The notes under the pieces: model-generated
Database searches by the model: none
Told to the model about the DNA's origin: nothing
What the model saw: the letters and a program-made list of their open reading frames with translations, nothing else
DNA from: Trueperaceae bacterium
Lineage (GTDB): Bacteria > Deinococcota > Deinococci > Deinococcales > Trueperaceae
Reading direction: 5' to 3'
Assembly (NCBI GenBank): GCA_965213925.1
Contig: OZ243927.1
Span: 2,880,001 to 2,944,000 of the forward strand
DNA length: 64,000 bases
Shown: positions 10,369 through 19,992 of the stretch, piece after piece
Position numbering within the stretch: the stretch's first letter is position 1
Layout of the letters: every line of letters starts with the position of its first letter
Made by a program: the position numbers and the translations under genes

Positions 10369-11532
10369 GTGATTGACTTGAAAACGTTAAAGACGCGAGT
10401 CGACCTAAGAGCAATAGTTCAAGAAACGCATCTGCTAACGAAGAGTTCGAAGACCTGCTGCCTCTGGCATAATGACACCAACCCGTCGCTCCACATCTAC
10501 CCAGACGGCTATTTCTGTTTTGCCTGTGGTGCTTCGGGTGACCACCTGGACTGGTTGACGGCTACTCGAGCCCTGTCGTTTTCGGAAGCGGTCGAGGTCT
10601 TAGCTCATCACGCCACTACCGTTACTTCCCACTACCCAGTTATACAGGCGGCAAGCCTGGCCGTAACGAAAACAACGTCGTATGAACTTTCCCTAGGAAT
10701 ACCAACTTTTGAGTGGCGCTTACCCTTAAGGCAGCATCAACTCGAGACCCACCAGCGCCGAGTAACTAAACTGACCGAAGTCCCCGAAGCTCTAGCAGGC
10801 CGAGGCTTCACGCTGTCTGATTGCAAACGCCTGGACATCGTCAACGAGAACGGTAACGCCATCTTTCCGGTCATCGGGCCTAGTGGTTTGGCTTTAACTC
10901 TCAAGTGCCGCTACGCGGTTCCAAATCCGCACCGGTACGAATACGTAACACCAGGGCGTGGCACCCCTGCCTGGTGCTCACCCGGCATCCGCCGATCGGA
11001 GACTGTCTTCGTCGTTGAAGGCGAACTTAACGGCATGATGTGCTGGCTGGCCTTGCGAGGTCAGGGTAATCGAATCGGCGTTATGGGCACGGCGGGTACT
11101 AACGGCCTACTTCACCTCGATGTTCTCGAAAACAAAACGTTTTACATCTACGCGGACGGTGATGAAGCAGGTGAAGGAGCGCGGCAACGCTGGGCGAGGC
11201 AGGCGTTTGGTGCGGGTGCAAAAGAGGTGTATGTGCTCGAGCCCTGGCCGATAGACGCTTGCGACATCGCCGGGACCTTCAGCAAAGCAACCTTGCGAAA
11301 ACGTCTAACTTGGAGCCAGAAACAGCGCTTTATTCCCACAGAGTCATTTGGTGCAGTTGGAGCATCCGGTGCAGGAAGGACTGCACTAAAACAAATCCCT
11401 TCCTCATCGGCAAAACCCGATTTGGTGCAGTGGTGCAGTCATAGTAAGGGCGCGCGGCTTTCGAGCGTCCCGAAGCTCCTCCCTAGCTCTCCTCCAACCC
11501 TCACTTTGCAAAGCCGTCATGATGCCGCTTAG
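10369..11532 (+). CDS. Primase-like protein (CHC2 zinc finger + Toprim)
   Basis: CLWHNDTNPSL...CFAC zinc finger; VVEGE and ADGDEAG Toprim motifs. Confidence 0.85.
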   Translation: MIDLKTLKTRVDLRAIVQETHLLTKSSKTCCLWHNDTNPSLHIYPDGYFCFACGASGDHLDWLTATRALSFSEAVEVLAHHATTVTSHYPVIQAASLAVTKTTSYELSLGIPTFEWRLPLRQHQLETHQRRVTKLTEVPEALAGRGFTLSDCKRLDIVNENGNAIFPVIGPSGLALTLKCRYAVPNPHRYEYVTPGRGTPAWCSPGIRRSETVFVVEGELNGMMCWLALRGQGNRIGVMGTAGTNGLLHLDVLENKTFYIYADGDEAGEGARQRWARQAFGAGAKEVYVLEPWPIDACDIAGTFSKATLRKRLTWSQKQRFIPTESFGAVGASGAGRTALKQIPSSSAKPDLVQWCSHSKGARLSSVPKLLPSSPPTLTLQSRHDAA

Positions 11533-12583
11533 CCAAATCAACCTTGAGAGGACCCTGCCCCCGCTCAGGTGGGCAGTCGGTGGGCTCATTTTGCAAGGCT
11601 ACATCAACACGATTGCCAGCTTGCCGGGCGAGGGTAAAACGGCACTTCTAACAGGGCTCGCTTGGCAAGCGTCACGTGAGACTGGGATGTTTCTGAATCG
11701 CCGCGTAGCGCACGGCACGACCCTCTACGTCGACTTCGATGCCCCCGGCGACGGGCGCACCGTGCGCTACTGGCTGGACAAGCACAAGCGCGCCTTTGAC
11801 GATGGTGATATCGGAAAGATAGTGGTGCTCGAGCCCGACCCCAATACTTATGGACTGGCTGAAGGTGAACTCCAAGAACTTACTAAGGTAGCGAAAGAGA
11901 CAGAGGCAAAACTCATCCTCATCGACTCATTCAGCTCGGCTTTCCCGAATGTCGACCCCATCAAGCTCGTTCAGGTTCAAAGCCCGCTCTGGTACCTGCG
12001 CCGTTTGGCAAACGAGACAGGGGCGGCCGTGGTCATCATTGACCACTTACCTAAACCTATCTCGGGTGAGAAGGCGGGAGCGAGGGGCATCATCGGCTCG
12101 GTGGCAAAGTCAGCCCAAGCAAGAGCGGTACACATCTTGTCTCGAGTTCCGCCTAAAGAAGTGGGGGACAGCAACGTCCTCAGGTGGGACACCACCAAGA
12201 TGAGCTACAGCGCCCGGCCGGAACCGATAGGGGTTGAGCTTAAGTTTGATGATGGAGCTGTCTCCATTGAGGTTGTCGACTTACCAGAAGGACAAGGGGA
12301 AACGCGTACCGAGCGGGCTATCCGGGCGATGCAGGATTATCTGGAGACCCATCGTGGGACGGTCGTGCCACATCAAACTCTGATGGAGATAGCGGTCGAA
12401 GAGGCCAACCTGCGCAGGCGCGCCTCGCTAGACGCCACCGGGTTACTCAAAGAGCGCTACGGCGATGAGCTTGTTACCACCTCCTTACCCGGTCGTGGTA
12501 AGCCGCAGGGCTACCGGCTAAAGCTCGAGGACGAGACCACCCCTTCTCTATGTAGTAGACCTCTTGCAAAAGTAGCCTTATAG
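11519..12583 (+). CDS. AAA_25/RepA-like helicase ATPase; C-terminus probably cut by the IS
   Basis: Walker A SLPGEGKT, Walker B ILIDS, IIDH motif; the last codons run into the IS end. Confidence 0.8.
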   Translation: MMPLSQINLERTLPPLRWAVGGLILQGYINTIASLPGEGKTALLTGLAWQASRETGMFLNRRVAHGTTLYVDFDAPGDGRTVRYWLDKHKRAFDDGDIGKIVVLEPDPNTYGLAEGELQELTKVAKETEAKLILIDSFSSAFPNVDPIKLVQVQSPLWYLRRLANETGAAVVIIDHLPKPISGEKAGARGIIGSVAKSAQARAVHILSRVPPKEVGDSNVLRWDTTKMSYSARPEPIGVELKFDDGAVSIEVVDLPEGQGETRTERAIRAMQDYLETHRGTVVPHQTLMEIAVEEANLRRRASLDATGLLKERYGDELVTTSLPGRGKPQGYRLKLEDETTPSLCSRPLAKVAL

Positions 12584-13215
12584 CTTCAAAGTAAGGCTAT
12601 GCGATATGAAGAAGTCAAAGGACTAGCACCGGAAGGGTTCAAACGCTTGACAGGGGTAAAGCCGCAGGTGTTTGGCGACATGCTCACAGTGCTGCGAGAG
12701 GCTGAGCAGAGGAAGAAGAAAGCGGGACGCAGCAGCAAGCTCAGCTTGGAGGACAAGTTGCTTTTGGCATTGTCGTATTGGCGTGAGTACCAAACGCAGT
12801 TTCATATAGCGGCGAGTTACGGACTTCACGAGTCCACAGCAAACCGGATTATCGCCAAAGTCGAAGACGTTCTCATTGCTTCAGGCAAGTTTAGCTTACC
12901 TAAACGGCGCGAGGTGGAAGAAACCGAGTGGACCGTCGTGCTTGTGGACGTAACCGAGACACCGATAGAAAAGCCGAAAAAAAGGAGCGACGCTACTTCA
13001 GTGGAAAAAAGCAGCGCCACACTCTGAAGAGTCAAGTGCTTGTGGACGCAAGTGACACGAGGATTCTCTCAACGGCTCACGCGAAAGGTCCCAAACACGA
13101 CTACACGCTGTTCAAAAAGTCTGCGCCGCGCTGTAAGCCCGAAGTCTGGTTCCGTAGGCTTCCGCCAAGGGCGGGAGACGTCGCTGACAGCGGCTACCAG
13201 GGTCTCGCCTCGAGA
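12556..13215 (+). mobile_element. Truncated IS5-family (IS702/ISL2-like) element; transposase split by a -1 frameshift signal
   Basis: End sequence AGACCTCTTGCAAAAGT; OrfA 12599..13027 (FKRLTGVK, YWREY, VDVTETPIE); A7G at 12977; OrfB YFSGKKQRHTLK...ADSGYQG, then homology stops. Confidence 0.85.
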
Positions 13216-14055
13216 CACCTCGGCGGTCACTTCAGCACCTGGGGTGGGAGCGTGCTGACCGATGAGGCGATCGGCTCGAGACCCCTACGCTTTTTCGAGA
13301 CGCTGCTCGTGTACGGGCTGGGTGGTGGCGCATCGCCTCTGCGTATCGCCGTCTCGCTGTGCTGGTTCTCACTTTCGGTTTTAGGGCTGGTAAGTCTACT
13401 CCGAGGGAAGTCCTTTCTTCCTTTAGCTGTGTCGTTTGTCTGGCTCGTACCTTACGCGCTATGGATGTACCTGGGGCATGATGTCGACCTCGCCCGCTAT
13501 CACTTTCCTCTCGTCGCGGGTGCCGTCCTCCTCGCCGGGCTCGGGCTGCCCAAGCAGATGCGAGTGGCGCTACCCGTCATAGGCGTAAGTATCCTCCTCG
13601 TCGGCGTAGTCAGTCTACCCTTAGCGTACCGCCACAGCGTGACGCCCTCGCTGCATCAGCAGGTCGCCAGCTATATCGACCAAAACATGGGCAAAGAGAC
13701 GAGCGCCCTGCTGACGAGCAGTACCGAGCTGCTGCGCTACGCCAAGACCTACGCCAAAGGGCTCTACATCGCGCCTATCGGGGCAGACGCCAAGCTTATC
13801 GAGAGTCGCCTTAGGAGCGTGCAGGGCTGGAAGCCGACTGTGCTCAGCACCTCGTACACGTTGGGGCAGCTGGAGGCGTCAGCAACCGAGGACTGGGTGC
13901 CTATCGCCCGCTTCTGTCAGGACCCTTATTTGCGCTCGCGGGGCGCGTCAGAGTTCGTGCTCTATCAGCATCAGCCAGATGCGCCCGATGTGCCGCTGCC
14001 GGGCTGTGAGTCTCTTTCGGGGCAGCAGGGGGAAATAGCGGCGGGTAAGCGATGA
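13216..14055 (+). pseudogene. C-terminal part of a multi-TM GT-C/ArnT-like membrane protein fused behind the transposase remnant
   Basis: Several hydrophobic helices and an ARYHFPL motif in frame with transposase OrfB; no native N-terminus. Confidence 0.5.
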
Positions 14056-14801
14056 CGCTCTACCTCATGATCCCTTGCTACAACGAAGCAGCGACACTCG
14101 AGGGCGTTCTCCTCGAGCTACCTAGCACAATCCCCGATATCCTACAGCTAAAGGTGCTCGTCGTTGATGACGGTTCTACAGATGAAAGTGCGACTATCGC
14201 TGCGCAGTGTGGGGCAGAGGTGCTGAGACTCGAGCACGTCGGTCTGGCTCAGGCTTACTATGCTGGATTAAGAACAGCCGTGGCTCGAGGGGCGGACTTC
14301 GTCGTCACCCTCGATGCAGATGGGCAATACGACCCAGAAGCGATAGGGAGGATGCTCGAGCCCCTTCTGCAAAACGAGGCGGACATCATCCTAGGCGAGC
14401 GAGGCGAAACCTTCTACAGGCGGCTGAAGCCACGCCGCCGTTTACTGCACCGCTTCGGCGCTTGGGGCGTTCGGCGCGTGACAGGGTTACCTGTTGAGGA
14501 CCCCGTCACAGGCTACCGGGCGTATACGCGAGATGCGATTCAGCGGTTACAGGTCCGCTCACGCTTCACCTACACTCTGGAGATGCTCGTGCAGGTACCC
14601 TTACTCGGGTTACGCCTCGCTTGCATCACGGCTGAGCCGAGACTCCCGACGCGCCCTTCGAAAGTGGTCAAGCATCCGCTCATCTATAGCGCCCGCCAAC
14701 TCCAGACGCTCCTCTGGGCTGCTGTGTACTACCGTTCGACATTACGAGGTATTGAGAACCCTGTAGAGGAACAAGACGAACTCTCGGCGGACTTCGCCTG
14801 A
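14052..14801 (+). CDS. Glycosyltransferase family 2 (polyprenol-phosphate GT-like)
   Basis: IPCYNEA, VVDDGSTD, TLDADGQYDP, DPVTGYRAY motifs. Confidence 0.9.
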   Translation: MTLYLMIPCYNEAATLEGVLLELPSTIPDILQLKVLVVDDGSTDESATIAAQCGAEVLRLEHVGLAQAYYAGLRTAVARGADFVVTLDADGQYDPEAIGRMLEPLLQNEADIILGERGETFYRRLKPRRRLLHRFGAWGVRRVTGLPVEDPVTGYRAYTRDAIQRLQVRSRFTYTLEMLVQVPLLGLRLACITAEPRLPTRPSKVVKHPLIYSARQLQTLLWAAVYYRSTLRGIENPVEEQDELSADFA

Positions 14802-14802
14802 G

Positions 14803-15468
14803 GTGAAGCGTAGCCTTCCCTGTGTGCGCTTCGGTTTAGCGCTGCTCTTCAGTGCAGCGCTCGCCTTGCTCCTTTGGCATCAAGCGGCGCTACGGGAAGG
14901 CGTCGCGGAGGTGCTCGAGGCGGAGGCGGCAGGTGTCTACGGACCGCTGCTCTTTATCGGACTCTACGCTTGTCGCCCCGTGCTGCTCTTGCCTGCGAGC
15001 TCGCTTACCCTCTCGGCAGGGCTGCTGTTCGGGCTCGGGTGGGGGATTTGTTACACGGTTATCGGCAGCAATTTAGCCGCAGCGGTTGCCTATCTGCTCG
15101 GACGCTACGGCAGTGATCTTTTACCCCGACCCAGAACTCTACCCGAACGCTTGGAGCAGGCGAAAGCGCAGATGCTAACGCGAGGCTTTGTCACCGTACT
15201 TTCCCTACGTCTACTCTTCGTGCCGCACGACCTGGTGAGCTATCTGGCGGGGGGGCTTAAACTACCCTACCTAACCTTCGCGCTGGCGACGCTTTTTGGG
15301 ACGCTACCCGTGACGGTCATCATCGTTTCGATTGGCGTGGCGACGGACACGTTGGTGCTCCGGTATCTTGAAGGCGCGAAGTGGTTGCTTATAGGACTGA
15401 TCGTTGTGACGCTCGGCTTTCTCGCGCTAAAGCGTGTCTCTGGCTTGAAAAGGGTCCAGCGGAGCTAA
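14803..15468 (+). CDS. TVP38/TMEM64 (DedA/VTT) membrane protein
   Basis: LPASSLTLSAGLLFG, AYLLGR, LRLLFVPHDLVSY, ATLFGTLP pattern. Confidence 0.88.
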   Translation: MKRSLPCVRFGLALLFSAALALLLWHQAALREGVAEVLEAEAAGVYGPLLFIGLYACRPVLLLPASSLTLSAGLLFGLGWGICYTVIGSNLAAAVAYLLGRYGSDLLPRPRTLPERLEQAKAQMLTRGFVTVLSLRLLFVPHDLVSYLAGGLKLPYLTFALATLFGTLPVTVIIVSIGVATDTLVLRYLEGAKWLLIGLIVVTLGFLALKRVSGLKRVQRS

Positions 15469-15568
15469 GGCGTTCGAGCTGGCTCACGCAAAAAATTTAA
15501 GCCTTCAGAGAAGGCATGAGCTTGCAAAGGCAGCACGCTTTTGTTAGATGTTTGTCGGAATCATAGAC

Positions 15569-16288
15569 TCACCGCTGAGCATCCGCCAGAAGCTTAACTA
15601 CACCCATGTAAAAGAGCAGCGCCCTTACCGCTTCTCGCTTGGAGTTGAACCCTACCCCACCGTGCGCCACATGATTGCGCGTGACGTGAGGCGAATCCGA
15701 GCGTCCCGACAGGAGAGCGAAGCAAGCACTGGTCGCCTCAGCCTTGGCGTCACGCACTCTCGGCAAAATGTTGGTTTCACCTTCACGCATCGCAGTAATC
15801 AGTTTGTTCCGGGCGGACACTTCTCCTGCACGCCGGGAATAGGTATTCTTGCCCGTATAGCCCTCGAGACTCCCTATGATGCCCTCTATTTGGGTATAGA
15901 GCGTCGGCGCAACGAGACCATAGCATCCGTGGCAGTAAGCCTTGAGCGCTTGCTCGAAGAGCGCAACCCGCTCCTCTCCGGTTGGCAACTCAAGTGATGT
16001 TAGGTCACGCCGACACCTCTCACTGAGCGGGTTACGCAGCGTGTCGAACCATTCTAAGAGGATCAGCTCCGCACGTTCATGTACTCCCGGCAACTCAGAG
16101 GCGGGCGCGGTGAGCAGCTTCTCTGCGTTATTAATATTGGTGTAGGGCAGGAGTGGTAGGACGAGCCAGCCGTGCGCAGCCCAGTCCCCCACAGCTCTAG
16201 CCGTCAGAAGGTCAATGCCCTCGTATGTAGCTGCGAGCACCGTTCTCAGGATGACAAGACTTTTCTCAGCAACAACCTGCCACTGCAC
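15569..16288 (-). CDS. Hypothetical protein, possibly HEPN-like
   Basis: 239-aa ORF with RNHVAHG (Rx4H) near the C-terminus. Confidence 0.5.
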   Translation of the reverse strand: MQWQVVAEKSLVILRTVLAATYEGIDLLTARAVGDWAAHGWLVLPLLPYTNINNAEKLLTAPASELPGVHERAELILLEWFDTLRNPLSERCRRDLTSLELPTGEERVALFEQALKAYCHGCYGLVAPTLYTQIEGIIGSLEGYTGKNTYSRRAGEVSARNKLITAMREGETNILPRVRDAKAEATSACFALLSGRSDSPHVTRNHVAHGGVGFNSKREAVRALLFYMGVVKLLADAQR

Positions 16289-16595
16289 AGTTCACCTCGA
16301 GGCTAAGTTTAGATGGAGCCGTCTGGTGAGGCGAGTAAATTTTGCACTGCGGACAGTGGGAACCGCTTGTGCTCAGTGAGGGTTTATGCGTGAGATGCGC
16401 GCGTGTCTTGCATAATGGTTCATCCAGCAAGTTCGTTGCAAATCATCTGACGCGCTTTTTTCGTCGCTAGCGAGATTAAGCAATTGGAGAGTGGTGAAGG
16501 ATTAACTGGATGACCCAATAAGCGCCGCCTAAAGCAACCGTTTCTAATGCCAAAGACGCCCTTCAGGGCGACGCTTCCCGTGGTATACTCGCCAT

Positions 16596-16799
16596 ATGGC
16601 CGTCAAGACATCGATGCTCAGCCCAGCCGAGCTAGAACGCCGCCGTGAGGTTGCTCGCTCTGCTGCTGCCCACCTGCGCCTGGAGGGGCTGGCCCCTTCT
16701 GACGCGGCACAGGTGCTGAAAGCGAAGTGGGTCAGCGGAGAGATAGACAAAAAAACCTGGCTCGTCGAACTCAGAGCCTTGCATAATCTGAGTGAGTGA
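16596..16799 (+). CDS. VbhA/FicA-type antitoxin
   Basis: Small protein with HLRLEG inhibitory-type motif, overlapping the Fic start; leaderless TATACT-6nt-ATG. Confidence 0.85.
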   Translation: MAVKTSMLSPAELERRREVARSAAAHLRLEGLAPSDAAQVLKAKWVSGEIDKKTWLVELRALHNLSE

Positions 16800-17613
16800 C
16801 CCCTACCTTCAGCCGAACGGCACCCTCAAGAACAACCTAGGCGTCACCGATCCGCAAGTGCTCAGCCAGCTCGAAGCGGACTTTACCGACTACCGGCTCG
16901 CAACGGTCGAGGAAGACGGTCCCCAAGGTCTTTTCACCTACGCGCGCTTCAAGGCGACGCATCACTACCTCTTCCAAGATGTCTATGCGTGGGCGGGCGA
17001 GCCGCGCATCACCGAACTTTACAAAGCCGCTCAGATAGGCGGGCCGCTGCACCAGTTCACGCCCATCGCTGAACTCGAGGATGAAGCCGAGCGCATCTTC
17101 ACCTCTCTAGCGGAGGTTGACGAGTACCGAGGCTTAGACCGCCCAACCTTCTCTGTACGAGCCGCCAACCTCCTCAGCGACATCAACCAACTCCACCCCT
17201 TTAGAGAGGGAAACGGGCGCACCCAGCGGTTGTTCGTCGAAGCGCTGGCGAAAGCGGCGGGTCACACCCTCGCCTTCGACGTTGTGAGCCGCGAGCGGAT
17301 GATTCTAGCGAGCATCGAAGCCTCGCGAGGGCAGCGCGACATGATGCGGCGGCTCGTGAACGAGATCAGCGACCCCAAGCGTGTCGCTCCGATGCGAGAG
17401 GCGATCTCCTTTCTCGAGTCCGAGTCCTTTAACTGGAACGAGCGCTACCTCGCCACGACCGAGCCGGGGCGACTCTACGAAGGCACCTTTGTAGGACAGG
17501 GCGGCGAACACTTCATGATGCATGACGGGGAGAAGCTTCTCGTGGGCAAGGTGAGTGACCTCAACACGGTGCCTGAGAGCGGGGCGGCAGTTCGGTTTCG
17601 GTCTAGCAGCTAG
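16792..17613 (+). CDS. Fic-domain toxin (VbhT/FicT-like adenylyltransferase)
   Basis: DPY...LKNNLG N-terminus, HHYLFQDVYAWAG, canonical HPFREGNGRTQR. Confidence 0.93.
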   Translation: MSDPYLQPNGTLKNNLGVTDPQVLSQLEADFTDYRLATVEEDGPQGLFTYARFKATHHYLFQDVYAWAGEPRITELYKAAQIGGPLHQFTPIAELEDEAERIFTSLAEVDEYRGLDRPTFSVRAANLLSDINQLHPFREGNGRTQRLFVEALAKAAGHTLAFDVVSRERMILASIEASRGQRDMMRRLVNEISDPKRVAPMREAISFLESESFNWNERYLATTEPGRLYEGTFVGQGGEHFMMHDGEKLLVGKVSDLNTVPESGAAVRFRSSS

Positions 17614-17658
17614 AGCGTTGTATAGAGCAAAAAACTCTGAGCTTTCTTGGTTCGTCCA

Positions 17659-18480
17659 TTAAAAAGCGCTCACGGTAGGGAGGGCGGCGACGCCAAACTT
17701 ACGCGGCGTGCGGTGGCGTCTTCTTCTGCCCCAAACGTAAGGGTGCTTGTGGTCATTCCAGTAGGCAGTGGCTCTTCGAATGGGCTCAACCATCTCGGTC
17801 CAGACCTCGAAGCGCCTGCCTTTGAGAGCTAAAGAGCGTAACGTCTTCCACCAGGGCTCGGTGAGGTTGAGATACCCCTAGGTGATCGCCGCTAGGCGAA
17901 TCCGGTCCTGTGCCCTGCGAAGCGGGTATTGTCGGTAACCTAGCGTACTTGGGCTGGAAGACGAACTCCCACCTGGGGTGAGCCAGACTAAAAAGGAGCA
18001 CGTCGTAAGAGCTGTGCATGTAGAGATTGTCGATGATGGCGTAGATGTGCTTGACCTCGGGCGGGACCCACTGCTCGACCTTTCCCAGAAACTCGGTATA
18101 GTGCCCGCCGATGCGGCGCGGGACCATCTCAGTGAATACTGCGCCTGAGGCGGGTTCTAATGCGCCGAAGACGAAACCACCTTTCGGGCGATGTGTATAG
18201 TCAAGCGCGACTTTCGCGCGTCCGGCGGGGGGTCCACGAATTTTGGTCAGCTCCTTACCTTCATATGTTCTTGAGGCGAGCGGTCCCATCTCGTCTATGC
18301 AGAGGACGACGCTGTTCTCTGGTGGGTCGGTGTAGAGCTGTAGGGTGGCACCCTTTTTTCAGCGAACTCGGGGTCCACCTTTTGTCCATACCACCCTCCT
18401 TGTTGTCGCCAAAGGTTACCGCCAACGGCGGCTAGCGGGAGCGGGACCACGCGACTTCGCTTTACGCGATCACCTGTCTC
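17659..18480 (-). mobile_element. Degraded IS630-family transposase
   Basis: VDPEFAEKR with A6G slip site at ~18354, DEMGP, IIDNL, FQPKYA..YLNLTEPWW; interrupted by short insertions. Confidence 0.8.
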
Positions 18481-18743
18481 GCACTTGAGCTTGCGCCGAA
18501 CTAGCCCCAACGGGCCGCTAGCGGGAACGCGCCACGCGTGACGCTTTGCCCGTTCTAGACTTTGCTTACGCCCATCGTCCGTGAGCGTTCCCAACGCTTG
18601 AGTTCCTATACTCTTCCTCGGTTAGCTGACGAACACGGGCGCAAGGACGCATCACCGACCTCAAAGTGAGGTCCTCAGCTTAGTCCTGAGTCGAATTAAC
18701 TGGATGAGCCAATAACGGTCCGAGTTCAGGAGCGCTGAGAGGG

Positions 18744-19718
18744 TCAGATGTCGATGACAACTTTTCCCCGAGCGTGCCCTTTTTCGAGATATCTGATAGC
18801 TTCAGCCGTCTCACTTAACGGGTAGGTCCTGTCTATGACGGGGGCGACTTTGCCGACCTCGAGAAGTTCTTTGATGAAAACCAGGTCCGTCTGGTTCGGT
18901 TTCGCCGCTCCCATAACACCGATCTTCTTCCGCCCCCTCCTAGATACCCACGCCCCCAACAAGGCAACCTGGAGCAGATGAGTTAGGGTGGTAAAGCCGA
19001 CGATGACACATCTTCCTTGGGGACCTAAGGCACGCTCGTAGTCCGAGACCGAACAGTTCCCCACCGCGTCGAGGATCAGGTCGTACGGCTGCCCGCTTTT
19101 GGTGAAGTCCTCTCTCGTGTAGTCGACTACTCTGTCCGCCCCGATGGAGCGCACCAGCTCCAGATTCCGCGTGCTGCACACGCCGGTGACCTCGGCCCCG
19201 AAATGTTTGGCGAGCTGCACCACAAAGGTGCCCACCCCGCCCGAGGCGCCGTTGACCAGCACCTGCTGCCCGGACCGAATCTGTCCCTTGTCGCGAAGCC
19301 CCTGTAGCGCGGTGATAGCTGCCACTGGGACCGCCGCCGCCTCTTCAAAGGATAAGGTACTCGGCTTCAGGGCTAAGGTCTCTTCGCGGGCACAGACGTA
19401 CTCGGCAAAGCCGCCCAACCCGCTGCCGCTCACGTCACCGAACACCTCATCACCGGGCTGAAACTGTGTCGCCCCGCTGCCAACCGCTTCGACGTGCCCC
19501 GCGATGTCCGCCCCGAGAAACGTGTTCTTCGGTCTGCGGAATCCAAAAACAAGGCGGAACGGGAGCGGCGTACCCCTCATGAAGTGCCAGTCGAGCGGAT
19601 TCGCAGCCGCCGCGTGAACCTTGACCAGAACTTCGTCGTCTTTAGGGGCGGGTTTTTCTACCTCCTCGAGCCGGAGCACTTCGGGGGGTCCGTAGTCTGT
19701 GTACACCACCGCTTTCAT
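18744..19718 (-). CDS. NAD(P)-dependent alcohol dehydrogenase / quinone oxidoreductase (MDR family)
   Basis: MKAVVYTDYGPPEVL, ANPLD, NGASGGVG, GHARGKVV. Confidence 0.92.
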   Translation of the reverse strand: MKAVVYTDYGPPEVLRLEEVEKPAPKDDEVLVKVHAAAANPLDWHFMRGTPLPFRLVFGFRRPKNTFLGADIAGHVEAVGSGATQFQPGDEVFGDVSGSGLGGFAEYVCAREETLALKPSTLSFEEAAAVPVAAITALQGLRDKGQIRSGQQVLVNGASGGVGTFVVQLAKHFGAEVTGVCSTRNLELVRSIGADRVVDYTREDFTKSGQPYDLILDAVGNCSVSDYERALGPQGRCVIVGFTTLTHLLQVALLGAWVSRRGRKKIGVMGAAKPNQTDLVFIKELLEVGKVAPVIDRTYPLSETAEAIRYLEKGHARGKVVIDI

Positions 19719-19992
19719 GGCTTCCCTCCGGAATCATGTACGAGTCGTTGTACGCCTATTCGCCGCACTATAGCGCACAGCGTGACCTGAGCTGTGAGGA
19801 GAGGGGCTGGGAGCCTTTTGGCAGCTGACGCATGCGTTCGTCGCAGAAGCCTCTTCTAGTGAAAGCAGATACTTTGGTGGCCGAAGCTCATAAGATTAGA
19901 GTTAGTGTTCTACATACCTGTCTTCTTGAAGCTGGTGAGTCGCCGCGTGCTTTCAGATAGGCTGACCTACAAGAGGCACATGGCGTTCTCTT

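Noticed and set aside
12928..14055. Novel transposase-membrane protein fusion
   Set aside because: Better explained as an in-frame junction between a truncated IS5 OrfB and a 5'-truncated membrane gene.
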